This document shows positions 36,001 to 49,380 of a stretch of 64,000 nucleotides of DNA, in pieces (position 1 is the first letter of the stretch; every line of letters starts with the position of its first letter). The notes under the pieces were generated by a model that saw only the letters and a program-made list of their open reading frames with translations, made no database searches and was not told the origin of the DNA. The DNA comes from Pseudogymnoascus verrucosus (Eukaryota). The DNA lies in NCBI GenBank assembly GCA_001662655.1, contig KV460254.1; one strand, written 5' to 3'. A program made the translations under genes and the position numbers.

Positions 36001-39000
36001 ATGGCAGCTCTTCCCATCAAGTTCACTGAGCTTCTTCAGGTTCGTGCTGATGACGGGACCCTGGATTCACCTTTAGATCGCAAGCTAACCACTATCTACA
36101 GTTGACCAGTGTTGGAGTTGAAGTAAGCCCTTAATGCCCAATATGCAACCTGACCTCTCAATGAAGTCGTCTACCATCTGAATACTGACCATTATGCTTC
36201 TAGCCTGCCTCAATTGGATTCAACACCTGTGTAAGTTGTTCCGGTGCTCCCCGGCCTTGGCCTGGAGCAATCACTAACAAGCCACCAGACACTCGAGTCC
36301 GACTCCTTCATCTGCGTCCGCGAGAAGAAGAACGAAGCTGCATCACCGGAAGTTGTTATCATAGACCTCAAACAAAATAACAATGTGACGAGGCGACCCA
36401 TCAAGGCCGATAGTGCCATCATGCACTGGAACAAGCAGATTATTGCGCTCAAGGCTCAGTCGAGAACACTTCAAATATTCGATCTAGAGCGGAAGGCGAA
36501 GCTGAAGTCGGCGACAATGAACGAGGACGTTGTGTTCTGGAAATGGTTCAGCGAGACCACTCTGGGCCTTGTCACAGATACCGCAGTTTACCACTGGGAT
36601 GTCTTTGACCAGAACCAAGCACAGCCAGTTGAGGTCTTTAAGCGCCATGAGAACCTCCAGGTAAGCTTGGATTATGATCTACTTTACGACAGCTGCTTAT
36701 ATCATACAGGGTTCGCAGATAATAAACTACCGCGTCAGCGCGGACGGAAAGTGGATGGTCGTCATTGGCATCTCCCAACAGCAGGGCCGTGTCGTTGGAG
36801 CCATGCAATTATACTCGAAGGACCGTGGTATCAGCCAGGCTCTCGAGGGCCACGCAGCAGCATTTGGCACCCTGCGCTTAGAGGGCGCGCCTGCCGATAC
36901 GAAGGTTTTCGCATTCGCCGTCCGCACAGCCACCGGCGCGAAGTTACACGTTGTGGAGGTCGACCATCAAGCGTCAAACCCCGCTTTCCCAAAGAAGGCG
37001 GTGGATGTATATTTCCCAGCAGAGGCAGTCAACGATTTCCCAGTCGCCATGCAGGTTTCGGAGAAGTACAGCATCATCTACTTGGTGACAAAGTACGGCT
37101 TCATTCACCTCTACGACTTGGAGACCGGCACCTGTATTTTCATGAACCGCATTTCGAGCGAAACGATCTTTATTACAGCGTCTGATTCCGCATCCGAGGG
37201 TCTTGTCGGTGTCAACAGGAAGGGCCAAGTGCTCTCCGTGGCCGTGGACGAGGCAACCGTGATTCCATATTTGCTTCAGAACCCAGCAAACTCCGGCCTG
37301 GCCGTCAAGCTTGCGTCTAGAGCAGGTCTACCTGGAGCAGACAACCTTTACGCACAACAGTTCGATCAGCTTATCAACGCAGGCAACTACGCTGAAGCTG
37401 CCAAGATTGCTGCAAACTCCCCCAGAGGTTTCCTCCGCACACCCCAGACAATCGAGCGCTTCAAGAACATCCCGGCCCAGCCTGGACAGCTCTCCATCAT
37501 CCTTCAATACTTTGGTTCGCTTTTGGACAAGGGTGATCTCAACAAGCACGAGACTCTTGAGCTTGTCAAGCCAGTTCTCGCCCAGAACCGCAAGCATCTC
37601 ATCGAGAAGTGGATGAAGGAGAGCAAGTTGGACTGTTCAGAAGAGCTTGGAGATCTTGTCCGCCCACACGATTTGGCTCTTGCCCTGAGCATCTACCTTC
37701 GCGCAAACATCCCACAGAAGGTGGTTGCAGCATTCGCTGAGCTTGGCCAGTTCGACAAGATTGTGCCTTACTCGAGCCAGGTTGGCTACCAGCCGGATTA
37801 CATCGTCCTGCTCCAGCACATTGTTCGTGTCAACCCAGAGAAGGGAACCGAATTCGCCACCCAACTCGCCAACAATGAGGGTGGCTCACTCGTGGATGTC
37901 GAGCGCGTCGTCGACATTTTCCAATCGCAGAACATGGTTCAGGCTGCCACTGCTTTCCTCCTCGATGCCTTGAAGGACAACAAGCCTGAGCAGGGCCACC
38001 TCCAGACACGCCTGCTTGAGATGAACCTCATCAATGCTCCCCAAGTCGCCGATGCTATTCTCGGCAACGAGATGTTTTCTCACTACGATAAGGCTCGCAT
38101 TGCACAGCTGTGCGAGCAAGCCGGGCTTTCCCAGCGTGCATTGGAGCACTACGAGGATCCGGCAGCTATCAAGCGTGTCATTGTCAACATCGTTGCCACG
38201 CCTACTTTCAACCAGGACTGGCTCACCAACTTCTTCGGCCGCTTCTCCGTTGAGCAATCGCTGGATTGCCTGGATGCCATGATGAAGTCCAACATCCGCC
38301 AGAACCTGCAAGCTGTTGTGCACATTGCCACGAAGTACTCCGACCTGCTTGGTGCTACCAAGTTGATCGATCTCTTCGAGAAGTACAAGACTGCCGAGGG
38401 TCTGTTCTACTACCTTGGCAGCATCGTCAACGTCAGCGAGGACCAAGATGTCAACTTCAAGTACATTGAGGCCGCGACGAAGATGCAACAATTCAACGAG
38501 GTTGAGCGTATTTGCCGTGATAGCAACCACTACAACCCCGAGAAGGTGAAGAACTTCCTCAAGGAGGCCAGGCTGACTGAGCAACTTCCTCTCATTATTG
38601 TTTGCGATCGTTTCAACTTTATCCACGATCTTGTTCTATACCTATACCAAAACCAGCATTTCAAGTCGATCGAGGTTTACGTTCAGCGTGTTAACCCAGC
38701 AAGAACCCCGGCTGTCATTGGCGGCTTACTTGATGTTGACTGCGACGAGAGCATTATCAAGAACCTCCTGCAGACTGTCAACCCAACGTCGATCCCTATC
38801 GACGAGCTGGTTCAGGAGGTTGAGACCCGCAATCGTCTGAAGATCCTTTTGCCATTTCTTGAGGCCACCCTTGCCTCTGGCAACGAGCAGCAGGCAGTCT
38901 ACAACGCCCTGGCCAAGATCTACATCGATAGCAACAACAACCCAGAGAAGTTCCTGAAGGACAACAACCAGTACGATACTCTCGTTGTCGGAAAGTACTG

Positions 39001-41349
39001 CGAGAAGCGTGACCCCAACCTTGCATTCATTGCATACAGCAAGGGCCAGAACGATTTGGAGCTTGTGAACATCACCAACGAGAACTCCATGTTCAAGGCA
39101 CAGGCTCGCTACCTTCTTGAGCGTGCGGATGAGGAGCTCTGGAACTTCGTTCTCAGCGGAAACAACAACCACCGCAGATCGCTCGTTGACCAGGTCATCT
39201 CAACGGCTGTTCCCGAGTCCAAGGAGCCAGAGAAGGTTTCCGTTGCTGTTTCTTCTTTCCTGAAGAATGATCTTCCCGTGGAGCTCATTGAGCTGCTGGA
39301 GAAGATTGTTCTTGAGCCTTCCCCATTCAGTGATAATGGCAGCCTCCAGAACCTCCTTATCTTCACTGCCACCAAGGCTGATAAGAGCAAGGTCATGGAT
39401 TACATCCACCAGCTCAACGAGTATACTACGACTGAGGTGGCTGATATCTGTATCGAGGTTGGTCTCTACGAGGAGGCCTTTGAGGTCTACAAGAAGATCG
39501 ACGACCATCCCAAAGCGGTCAACGTTCTCGTTGAACACATTGTGAGCATTGATCGTGCCCAGGAGTATGGTGAGCGCGTCGAGCTTCCAGAGGTCTGGAG
39601 CCGCGTTGCCAAGGCTCAATTGGATGGTCTTAGAATCAGCGATGCCGTGGAGTCTTATATCCGCGCACAGGACCCCAGCAACTACAAGGAGGTCATCGAG
39701 TACGCCGTTCCCGCCGGAAAGGATGAGGATCTCATCAAGTACCTCAAGATGTCGCGCAAGACTCTCCGCGAGCCAGAGATCGACACTGCGTTGGCGTTTG
39801 CATATGCCCGCACTGACCAGCTCTCTGAGTTGGAGGACTTCCTCAAGGGTACAAACGTTGCAGATATCGAGGAGTCTGGTGATAAGGCTTACGCCGAGGG
39901 TTACCACCAAGCCGCCAAGATCTTCTTCAGCAGCATCTCCAACTGGGCCAAGCTCGCTACCACCCTTGTCCACCTCAGCGATTACCAAGCCGCTGTTGAG
40001 TGTGCTCGCAAGGCCAACAACATCAAGGTCTGGAAGCAGGTCAATGCTGCCTGCGTGGAGAAGAAGGAGTTCCGTCTTGCTCAGATCTGTGGTCTTAACC
40101 TGATTGTTGACGCCGAAGAGCTTCAAGATCTTGTCAAGCAATACGAGCGCAATGGCTACTTTGACGAGCTCATCGCTGTGCTCGAGCAAGGCCTTGGTCT
40201 TGAGCGTGCTCACATGGGCATGTTCACTGAGCTCGGCATTGCCCTGTCCAAGTATCACCCTGAGCGTGTTATGGAGCACCTGAAGCTGTTCTGGAGCCGT
40301 ATCAACATCCCCAAGATGATCCGTGCTTGCGAGGAGGCTAACCTCTGGCCTGAGCTGGTCTTCCTGTACTGCCACTACGACGAGTGGGACAACGCTGCTC
40401 TTGCCATGATGGAGCGTGCTGCCGATGCTTGGGAGCACCACTCCTTCAAGGACATTGTTGTCAAGGTTGCCAACTTGGAGATCTACTACCGTGCTCTGAA
40501 CTTCTACCTTCAGGAGCAGCCGTCTCTCATCACCGATCTTCTCCAGGCTTTGACTCCGAGAATCGATGTCAACAGAGTGGTCAAGATGTTTGAGAAGTCG
40601 GACAACATCCCACTCATCAAGCCATTCCTTCTCAATGTTCAGACACAGAACAAGAAGGCTGTCAACAACGCCATCAATGACTTGTTGATTGAGGAGGAGG
40701 ATTACAAGACTCTTCGCGACTCTGTCGAGAACTACGACAACTACGACCCTGTTGAGTTGGCGCAGCGCCTCGAGCGCCACGACCTGGTCTTCTTCCGCCA
40801 GATCGCTTCCAACATCTATCGCAAGAACAAGCGTTGGGAGAAATCGATCGCTCTGTCCAAGCAGGACAAGCTTTACAAGGATGCTATTGAGACGGCGGCG
40901 ATCTCAGGCAAGTCGGATGTCGTGGAGGAGTTGATCCGCTATGTAAGTTACCCTTTTAATTCTGGCATTGAGACTTTACTAATTAATTGCAGTTCGTCGA
41001 CATTGGCAGCAAAGAGTGTTACGTTGGCATGCTCTACTCGTGTTACGACCTCATCCCGCTTCACATCGTCATGGAGCTCTCATGGCGCCACGGTCTTACC
41101 GATTTCACGATGCCATTCATGATCAACTTCTTGGCCCAACAATCCGCGACGATCGAGATCCTCAAGAAGGACAACGACGAGCGCAACGCGCGCGAGCAGT
41201 CGCAGGTCAAGGAGGAGAACAACACCCCGATCCTCGGCGGCTCCCGCCTGATGCTCACGCAAGGCCCAGCCGGACAACCAACCTCGCCAGCTCCCTACGC
41301 GCAGCCCAACGGCTTCGCGCCGCAACCAACGGGCTTCGGCGGGTTTTAG
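36001..41349 (+). CDS. CHC1: Clathrin heavy chain, 6 exons (36001-36039, 36102-36122, 36204-36230, 36289-36660, 36710-40942, 40993-41349), ~1682 aa
   Basis: LPIKFTEL, TLESDSFIC.RE and RRPIKADSAIMH N-terminal motifs, CHC repeats, LERAHMGMFTEL; all introns are phase 0. Confidence 0.97.
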
Positions 41350-43831
41350 ACGATGACAACAAATACATGAGATGGCCGATAATTAATGGGAAAAAGTGCG
41401 TGGATATGTGAGGTGTTTCTCTTTCGATGTATTCCTTCGAGCGAGACGGGTCTTTTGGCTGTGGAATTATTTTCGCGCCAGGGCCAATCCCATTTCAGGT
41501 TCCGTTTTTTTTTCTTCATGATGATTTGTATTTATATGGAGGGATGGTTTTGGGGCATTCTGTGATGGGGGATGGGAGATGCACAAAGGCAGGCGGGTGA
41601 TGTTGGGTGCGCTTCTTTATGATATGGAGGGTGTTCAGACAGATGACTTTGAGTTACAACTCGAGGTTTTGCTTGGCTTTGTAGGTAGCTAGAGAGAGAA
41701 TTCCATGAGATGTACTTTGACAAACCAAAAACGGTGTTCCCCGGATTAGAGATGTCATGAAGATGTATGGACCCCAAAAATCCGCGTTCCCCCCCCCCCC
41801 CAGATTGATTGAACGGCCCACAAAACGGGAGATACCATGTGAAACCAATGATTCAGCCAAGTATGATAAAACGGCTGCGGGCGGTATGTGTCATGGCCGA
41901 AGTAACCCATTTCTGTCGATTCTACGGAACTAACTTCCAATTGTGTCCATCCATCCATCCCACGGAGTTTATCCCACGCCGCAGTTCAGCAGTTCATCCC
42001 ACGGACTTTCTTTCCCTTTCAACACCACACCGGAGCCGGAGGACCGCATCAGCCAGCCTCCTTGATTTTTTGTTTTCCCTTTTACCCCAATCTTGGAGCT
42101 TTGAACCCCCACACATCCCACATGAGTCAACTAGAGACGGCCGCTGTTTCCCATGCTTGATTCCTTCCTGCCTGTCAGCCGGGCGGACAGTTTATCTAAC
42201 TAAGTGATTTAAACTTTTCTTGCCAGGGGGCAAGCTAACTCTCAGACGTCTGTCGTCCCTTACCCTTTCACGGCTTCGGTAATCCAAAAATAGGTATTTT
42301 CTTCACTCATGTGGTCTACCATCCAAAACGGCCACCAACCCCCAGACTCTCGGACGAGACCGAACCGGCCGCAGCATATATCACATGGACGGAAGGGGAT
42401 TTTTGGGAGGCTTTTTTCCTGTACTGTACCAGTCTTTTTGGGCCCTGAGAGGAGGGTAGATTGGTCACGCAACGACGTCAGTGCGTAGGGAACGATCGCT
42501 TTGTTGACTCTCTCTCCGTCCCTGATCGGCCTGGGCCTTTGTACCTGCGTCCCCCCCAACCACCACAACCCGGCTATTCTCGCAACAACGCCAGGGACGG
42601 CCATGTGAGACTCGGGCAGTGCCTTGGTTGAATATCTCGAACTCACAGTTCTCTTCGACCGAGCTCACTTGCTGGGTTAGCTCTCCCGTCTTTCCTACTT
42701 TCCCCGGACGGCCTTCCGGGGAATGATCGTTTGGTGACAGCTCCGGGTTATGATCGTTGCATGTTGGGGATGGCGAGGTCCCTCGGCACAAGGAGAGGGT
42801 ATAAGCGCTGTAGTTACCGCGGGCAGGCGTGTGGGTTCTTTTCGGGAGAAGTACTCGCGAAGTGGGAATATGGGGAATGGTACTCGTAGTGTTAGTGTTG
42901 TAGGTACACTAGTCTCTCTCTCTATCTCGAGCAGTACGTGCTGTAATCGCTGATGTGAGTCGTGATGTTTTGCCAATATCGCCTTGGCTTTACTTCTTTT
43001 TTTCTGTTAGTAAGTTTTTTTTTTGTTGAGGCTCGCCGGCGGTCCATTCGGCGGCAATGGAGCAGTGCCGTACAGTAAGAGCTATTATCCGGCTTAATGG
43101 ATGGGCTTCGGTCGGGCCAGATAAGGGTAGAAAATGCACACAACAGAGTACAGAGTGTTAGAGTCAGTTGCTATGGTTGTGGGTGGTGGTGGTACGTATG
43201 TACTGTGCACAGATTCTTGGGGGTACATGTGGGCTTGTACACACATGTACATAACAGTAGCGTGGAGCAGCCGCCCGAGACTCTTTTTACGTGGGACAGC
43301 TACCAACATGCACCGTACCCCGCGTCCTGTTGGCATAGCTAAAAAGTACTTCGTTACTGTATAGACATACTATTGCTCATCGGCCTCCACCAAAAAACAA
43401 TCCAGCCAAATAAAATACCGCGTAACATTGCTGACCTCACCGATACCTATAACCCTTATCCCCCCCCTCAACAACTGCCATTTCTGCCTTACTTCCCCCT
43501 CTTGAAATATATATCTTGAAAGGCTGGGATTCATCAAACCTTTCATATATATATATCCTCTTTTTTACCCTCTCTCAAAAAAAGAATCCAGCCGCTTTCA
43601 CGAGGGAAGAAAGAAAGAAAGAGAGAGCTTACCACTAGCCCCGCCCATCTTTCCCCGGCGCCGTTATCGCAAACGAAGCTCGGTTGATCCTTGGCGCAAG
43701 AGCCCGCCCGCCCTTCTTTTAAGTCACCCCTCCGACTCACCCAATTCACCCTTCTCCAACGCTCTCGCAAGTGATACCAGCTCCCCCAAAACAGAGGCCA
43801 TTGACCCAAGGCAATTCGAATCGGCTTCACT

Positions 43832-46800
43832 ATGTCGGCTGGGGATTCCAATGGCGCCGCGAACGAGGTGTTCGAGGAGAGCGGCGATGAGAGGCAGTCC
43901 CAGTCCATCCAGCACATCCGCGCCAACTCGAGTATCATGCAGTTGAAGAAGATTCTGGGTAAGCCTTTTTTTTCTGGATTTGCGGCGCCGACGAGGTGTG
44001 TGCGAGTGGAAAATGAGCTTTGCTGACTTGAGTTCTCACTTCTAGTTGCCAACCGTGGAGAAATTCGTAAGTTGCCCGCCCCCAGATTCACATGTGCAAT
44101 GGGGACCGATTAGCTGACATCTGATATAGCCATTCGTGTATGAACCACTCCACGTCCTGCTAAAATCCCCAATGGTATACTTACAAGCGATTCTTTGTAC
44201 AGATTTTCAGAACTGTGAGTCAACTCCCCCAAATACGATGTTCCGGCGGTGTGGAAGGGATTTTTGCTGACAGTTCACCCCGCCCCGCAGGCTCACGAGC
44301 TTTCCCTACAAACAGTCGCCGTCTTCAGTTATGAGGACAGACTCAGCATGCACAGGCAGAAGGCCGATGAGGCCTATGTCATCGGCAAGCGTGGCCAGTA
44401 CACGCCTGTCGGCGCATACCTGGCCGGAGACGAGATCATCAAGATCGCCTTACAACACGGCGTCAACATGATCCATCCAGGCTACGGTTTCCTTTCCGAG
44501 AATGCCGAGTTTGCTCGCAATGTTGAGAAGGCCGGCCTTGTCGTAAGCAGTTCTGCCCCATTTAGCTGCTCTCACCCGCTGACGTGTGAAATTAGTTCGT
44601 CGGCCCATCCCCCGAGGTCATCGACGCCCTCGGAGACAAGGTCTCTGCCAGGACCCTCGCCATCAAGGCCGGCGTCCCGGTCGTCCCCGGTACCGAGGGC
44701 GCCGTCGAGAAGTTCGAGGACGTCAAGAAGTTCACCGACGAATACGGCTTCCCCATCATCATCAAGGCCGCCTACGGTGGCGGTGGCCGCGGCATGCGTG
44801 TCGTTCGCGAGCAGGCGTCGCTGAAGGAGTCCTTCGACCGCGCTACCTCCGAGGCCAAGTCCGCTTTCGGTAACGGCACCGTCTTCGTCGAGCGCTTCCT
44901 CGATAAGCCTAAGCACATTGAGGTCCAGCTGCTGGGTGATAACCACGGTAACATCGTGCACTTGTACGAGCGCGACTGCTCGGTGCAGCGCAGACATCAG
45001 AAGGTCGTCGAGCTGGCCCCGGCCAAGGATCTCCCCCAGGACGTCCGCGAGGCCCTCCTCAACGACGCTGTCAAGCTCGCTAAGTCGGTTAACTACCGCA
45101 ACGCTGGTACGGCTGAGTTCTTGGTCGATCAGCAGAACAGATACTACTTCATCGAGATCAACCCCAGAATCCAGGTCGAGCACACCATCACTGAGGAGAT
45201 TACCGGTATCGATATCATTGCTGCCCAGATCCAGATTGCTGCCGGTGCTACGCTGCCACAGCTTGGTCTGACTCAGGACCGCATCTCGACTAGGGGTTTC
45301 GCTATTCAGTGCAGAATCACTACTGAGGATCCCTCGAAACAGTTCTCGCCGGATACCGGAAAGATTGAGGTTTACCGTTCCGCTGGTGGTAACGGTGTCC
45401 GCCTTGATGGTGGTAATGGCTTCGCCGGCGCGGTTATTACTCGTAAGTATTTTATTTCTTTTTTTCCTGTTTCCATGCCCGTTTTGAGTTGCTATTTTTG
45501 GGTTTATCGAGTTGAGTTATTCTTCTTGAGTTACTCAACTTGAATCGCTCTTCTAGAGTTTCTCGGTTTGGGTTACTCATCTTGAGTTGCTCATTTTGAG
45601 TTACTTAAGTTGAGTTTCTCATTTTAAGTTTGTCATTTTAAGTTGCTCAGCTTGAGTTCCTCAGCTTGGTTGCTCGGCTTGGGTTTCTCGAGTTGAGTTT
45701 CTTAAGTTAAGTTACTCATCTTGAGTTACTCCTCTCGAGTGATTCTTTAGGTGTCGCTCTACTTAGGTCGCTCTTCTTGAGCTTCTCTCGTTAAGTCACC
45801 CTTCTTGGGTTGCTCTTGTCGAGTTACTCTGATGGAGTCATCGTCATCACGTGATTGTCATGTGATTTTATTTATTTTGTACTCTTCGACTCATTCTTTT
45901 TTCATTCTTCTACCCTTCTATGTTCATTTACTGACACCTCACGAGCTCACTACGATTCTATGCTTGTTAAGTGTACATGCCATGGCTCGACCTACGAGAT
46001 TGTCCGCCGCAAGATGTTGAGAGCTCTGGTTGAGTTCCGCATCCGCGGCGTCAAGACCAACATCCCCTTCCTCGCCTCCCTACTCACCCACCCCACCTTC
46101 ATCGACGGCAACTGCTGGACGACCTTCATCGACGACACTCCCGAGCTCTTCGACCTCGTCGGCTCGCAGAACCGCGCCCAGAAGCTTCTCGCCTACCTCG
46201 GCGACATCGCCGTCAACGGCTCCAGCATCAAGGGCCAAGTCGGCGAGCCCAAGTTCAAGGGCGAGATCATCATGCCCGAGCTCTTCGACGACGCAGGCGA
46301 GAAGATCGACGTCACCGAGCCCAGCACCCAGGGCTGGCGCCAGATCCTCATCGAGCAGGGCCCCGAGGCCTTCGCCAAGTCCGTCCGCGCAAACAAGGGG
46401 TGTCTCCTCATGGATACCACCTGGCGTGACGCCCACCAGTCTCTCCTTGCCACCCGTGTCCGCACTGTTGATCTGCTCAACATCGCCAAGGAGACCAGCC
46501 ACGCATATGCTAACCTGTACTCGCTTGAGTGCTGGGGTGGTGCGACCTTTGATGTCGCTATGCGCTTCCTCTATGAGGATCCTTGGGACAGACTTCGCAA
46601 GATGAGGAAGCTCATCCCCAACATCCCCTTCCAGATGTTGCTGCGTGGTGCTAACGGCGTGGCGTACTCGTCGCTGCCGGATAATGCTATCTACCACTTT
46701 GTGGAGCAGGCGAAGAAGAATGGTGTTGATATCTTCCGTGTTTTCGATGCGTTGAACGATATTGATCAGCTTGAGCTTGGTATTAAGGCTGTTCACAAGG

Positions 46801-48310
46801 CTGGTGGTGTTGTTGAGGGTACTGTGTGCTACTCGGGTGATATGTTGAACCCAAAGAAGAAGTACAACCTCGAGTACTACCTCGACGTTGTGGCGAAGCT
46901 CGTCGCCCTCAACATCCACGTCCTTGGTATTAAGGATATGGCTGGTGTCCTCAAGCCCAAGGCTGCCACTCTCCTGATTGGCGCCATCCGCGCGAAGTAC
47001 CCCGACCTCCCCATCCACGTCCACACCCACGACTCCGCCGGTACCGGTGTTGCCTCCATGGCCGCTTGCGCTGCCGCCGGAGCTGATGTTGTCGACACTG
47101 CCACCGACAGCCTGTCGGGAATGACCTCCCAGCCAAGTGTTGGCGCCGTGCTCTCGTCTCTCGAGGGCAGCGACTTCGAGACTGGTCTGAACGTCCACCA
47201 CGTCCGTGCCATTGACACCTACTGGGCTCAACTCCGTCTCCTCTACTCGCCATTCGAGGCTCACCTCACTGGCCCAGATCCAGAGGTGTACGAGCACGAG
47301 ATCCCAGGTGGTCAGCTCACCAACATGATGTTCCAGGCCCAACAGCTTGGCCTCGGAGCTCAGTGGGCCCAGACCAAGAAGGCTTACGAGCAGGCCAACG
47401 ACGTTCTCGGTGACGTTATCAAGGTCACCCCGGTTTCCAAGACCGTCGGTGATCTTGCCCAGTTCATGGTCTCCAACAACCTCACCCCAGAGGCCCTCAT
47501 CGCCAAGGCATCCGAGCTTGACTTCCCCGGCTCCGTCCTCGACTTCTTCGAGGGACTCATGGGCCAGCCTTACGGCGGTTTCCCCGAGCCACTGCGCAGC
47601 AACGCCCTCCGCGGCCGCCGCAAGCTCGACAAGCGTCCAGGCCTCTTCCTCCCCCCCATCGACTTCGCCAAGGTCAAGAAGGAGATCCGCCAAAAGTGGG
47701 GCAGCGTGACCGAGTGCGACATCGCCTCCTCCGTCATGTACCCGGCCGTGTTCAACGACTACAAGAAGTTCACGGAGAAGTACGGCGACCTCAGCGTCCT
47801 GCCCACCAAGTACTTCCTCTCCAAGCCCGAGATCGGTGAGGAGTTCAGCGTCGAGCTCGAGAAGGGTAAGGTCCTCATCCTCAAGCTCCTCGCTATCGGC
47901 CCGCTGTCCGATATCACCGGCCAGCGTGACGTCTTCTACGAGATGAACGGCGAGGTCCGCTCCATCACCGTCGATGATAAGCTCGCGGCTGTCGAGAACG
48001 TCTCGAGGCCCAAGGCCGACCCCACGGATTCGTCGCAGTGCGGCAGCCCGATGGCCGGTGTGGTTGTCGAGATCAGGGTTAAGGAGGGCTCTGAGGTGAA
48101 GAAGGGCGATGTCATTGCTGTCATCAGCGCCATGGTATGTTTTCCCCGTCTCTCCCCTTCACTATTAATAGGTCATTTTACTAACTTCGGCGGCAGAAAA
48201 TGGAGATGGTTGTTACGGCTGCGCATAACGGTGTTATTGGCCAGCTCGTTGTCAAGGAGGGCGATTCGCTGTCGGGACAGGATCTCATCTGCAGGGTTGT
48301 GAAGCCATAG
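43832..48310 (+). CDS. PYC1: Pyruvate carboxylase, 8 exons (43832-43958, 44046-44066, 44130-44137, 44203-44214, 44291-44542, 44596-45442, 45946-48134, 48197-48310), ~1189 aa
   Basis: [59 protein letters not shown] and the biotinylation motif SAMKME. Confidence 0.97.
45484..45845. repeat. Intronic 14-bp minisatellite, consensus TTGAGTTRCTCATC, ~26 degenerate copies
   Basis: Successive units include ttgagttgctcatt, ttgagttacttaag, ttgagtttctcatt, ttaagttgctcagc and ttgagttcctcagc, all inside PYC intron 45443-45945. Confidence 0.9.
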
Positions 48311-49380
48311 GTTATGTTTGGGTAGTTTTGTGTTTTTTGTGAAAATCTAAGATTCCATTTTAAATAGATGTTGCTCTGTGTCTGCTGGTATGGTGAATCT
48401 GGTAACTTGCGGGGCTATGGTGGCAATTCATGGTCGTCGCATGGGGATGGATATCTGTCTGCTTTCTTCTCTTTGCAGGAATCACTGATATAAGAATATG
48501 TATGCTAAATGAGACAGCTTGAGCCCGGATTATGAAATGCTAACTATTTGTTACGAATCAATAAAATGTTTAAATAAATTTATAAATAATTCGAATTATG
48601 ATATATATTTTTTAAAATTTGTGTTGGCCCCCATTAACACTATTCGTTCGGTGTAATATTATTTTCGAATAAAAAACTTCGAATATCAAACAGCCTAACA
48701 CACCCTATACATGATTCTATAACTATCATATTGATACGCTAGAGGATGGTTTATGAGAAGAGGACAACCCCATACTATTAAACACTAGTGGGAAACTTAA
48801 TCTAGACATCGGCGCTCTGATCACGAGACACTATCCCCAAAGTAGCGTAGGAAGGTATCAACTACATGAGACCACTCAACCCTTCAAGGACGTCATACAA
48901 ACGTATTCATTACCTCCAGCTCCAATAAACAAAAAGTACGTAAAGCATGTAAGTCCACCAACAGGTCCCTTTATTTCATTTCAATCCCCGCGGAGATCAC
49001 CAAATGCCGGGCACAAAGCGTGAGCAGTCCCCGGTTGCTACACCCCATCCAGCAAAGGCTCGGTGGAACGGCGAAGAGGTCTCAGATGTAGTGCATCATC
49101 CATCTCAAATCCTAGTGGCTTAAATCGCGGCACATATATCAATTTCGTTGGTCAGCATCCCGCTTCCCAGGTTCCCCAGACGGAGGGTGATGTAATATCA
49201 CCATGGTGCGGGGTCAAAGACTCGCAGTACGTATAAACGCCACCCATCCATTCACCTCTGGCCCTCCCCTCTTGTCAAGAGCCCAGAATCTCTCGAGCTA
49301 TAAATCTTCCCTCATATACAATCATACGATCATATTTCCAATCCAAGACAAGAAAAACCATCCATAAGAATATTGCAATC

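Noticed and set aside
39200..40780. 526-aa antisense ORF (similar ones at 46080-47693, 31282-32532 and 22024-22878)
   Set aside because: Shadow ORFs opposite strongly codon-biased CHC1, PYC, ADE17 and eIF3m; no recognisable motifs
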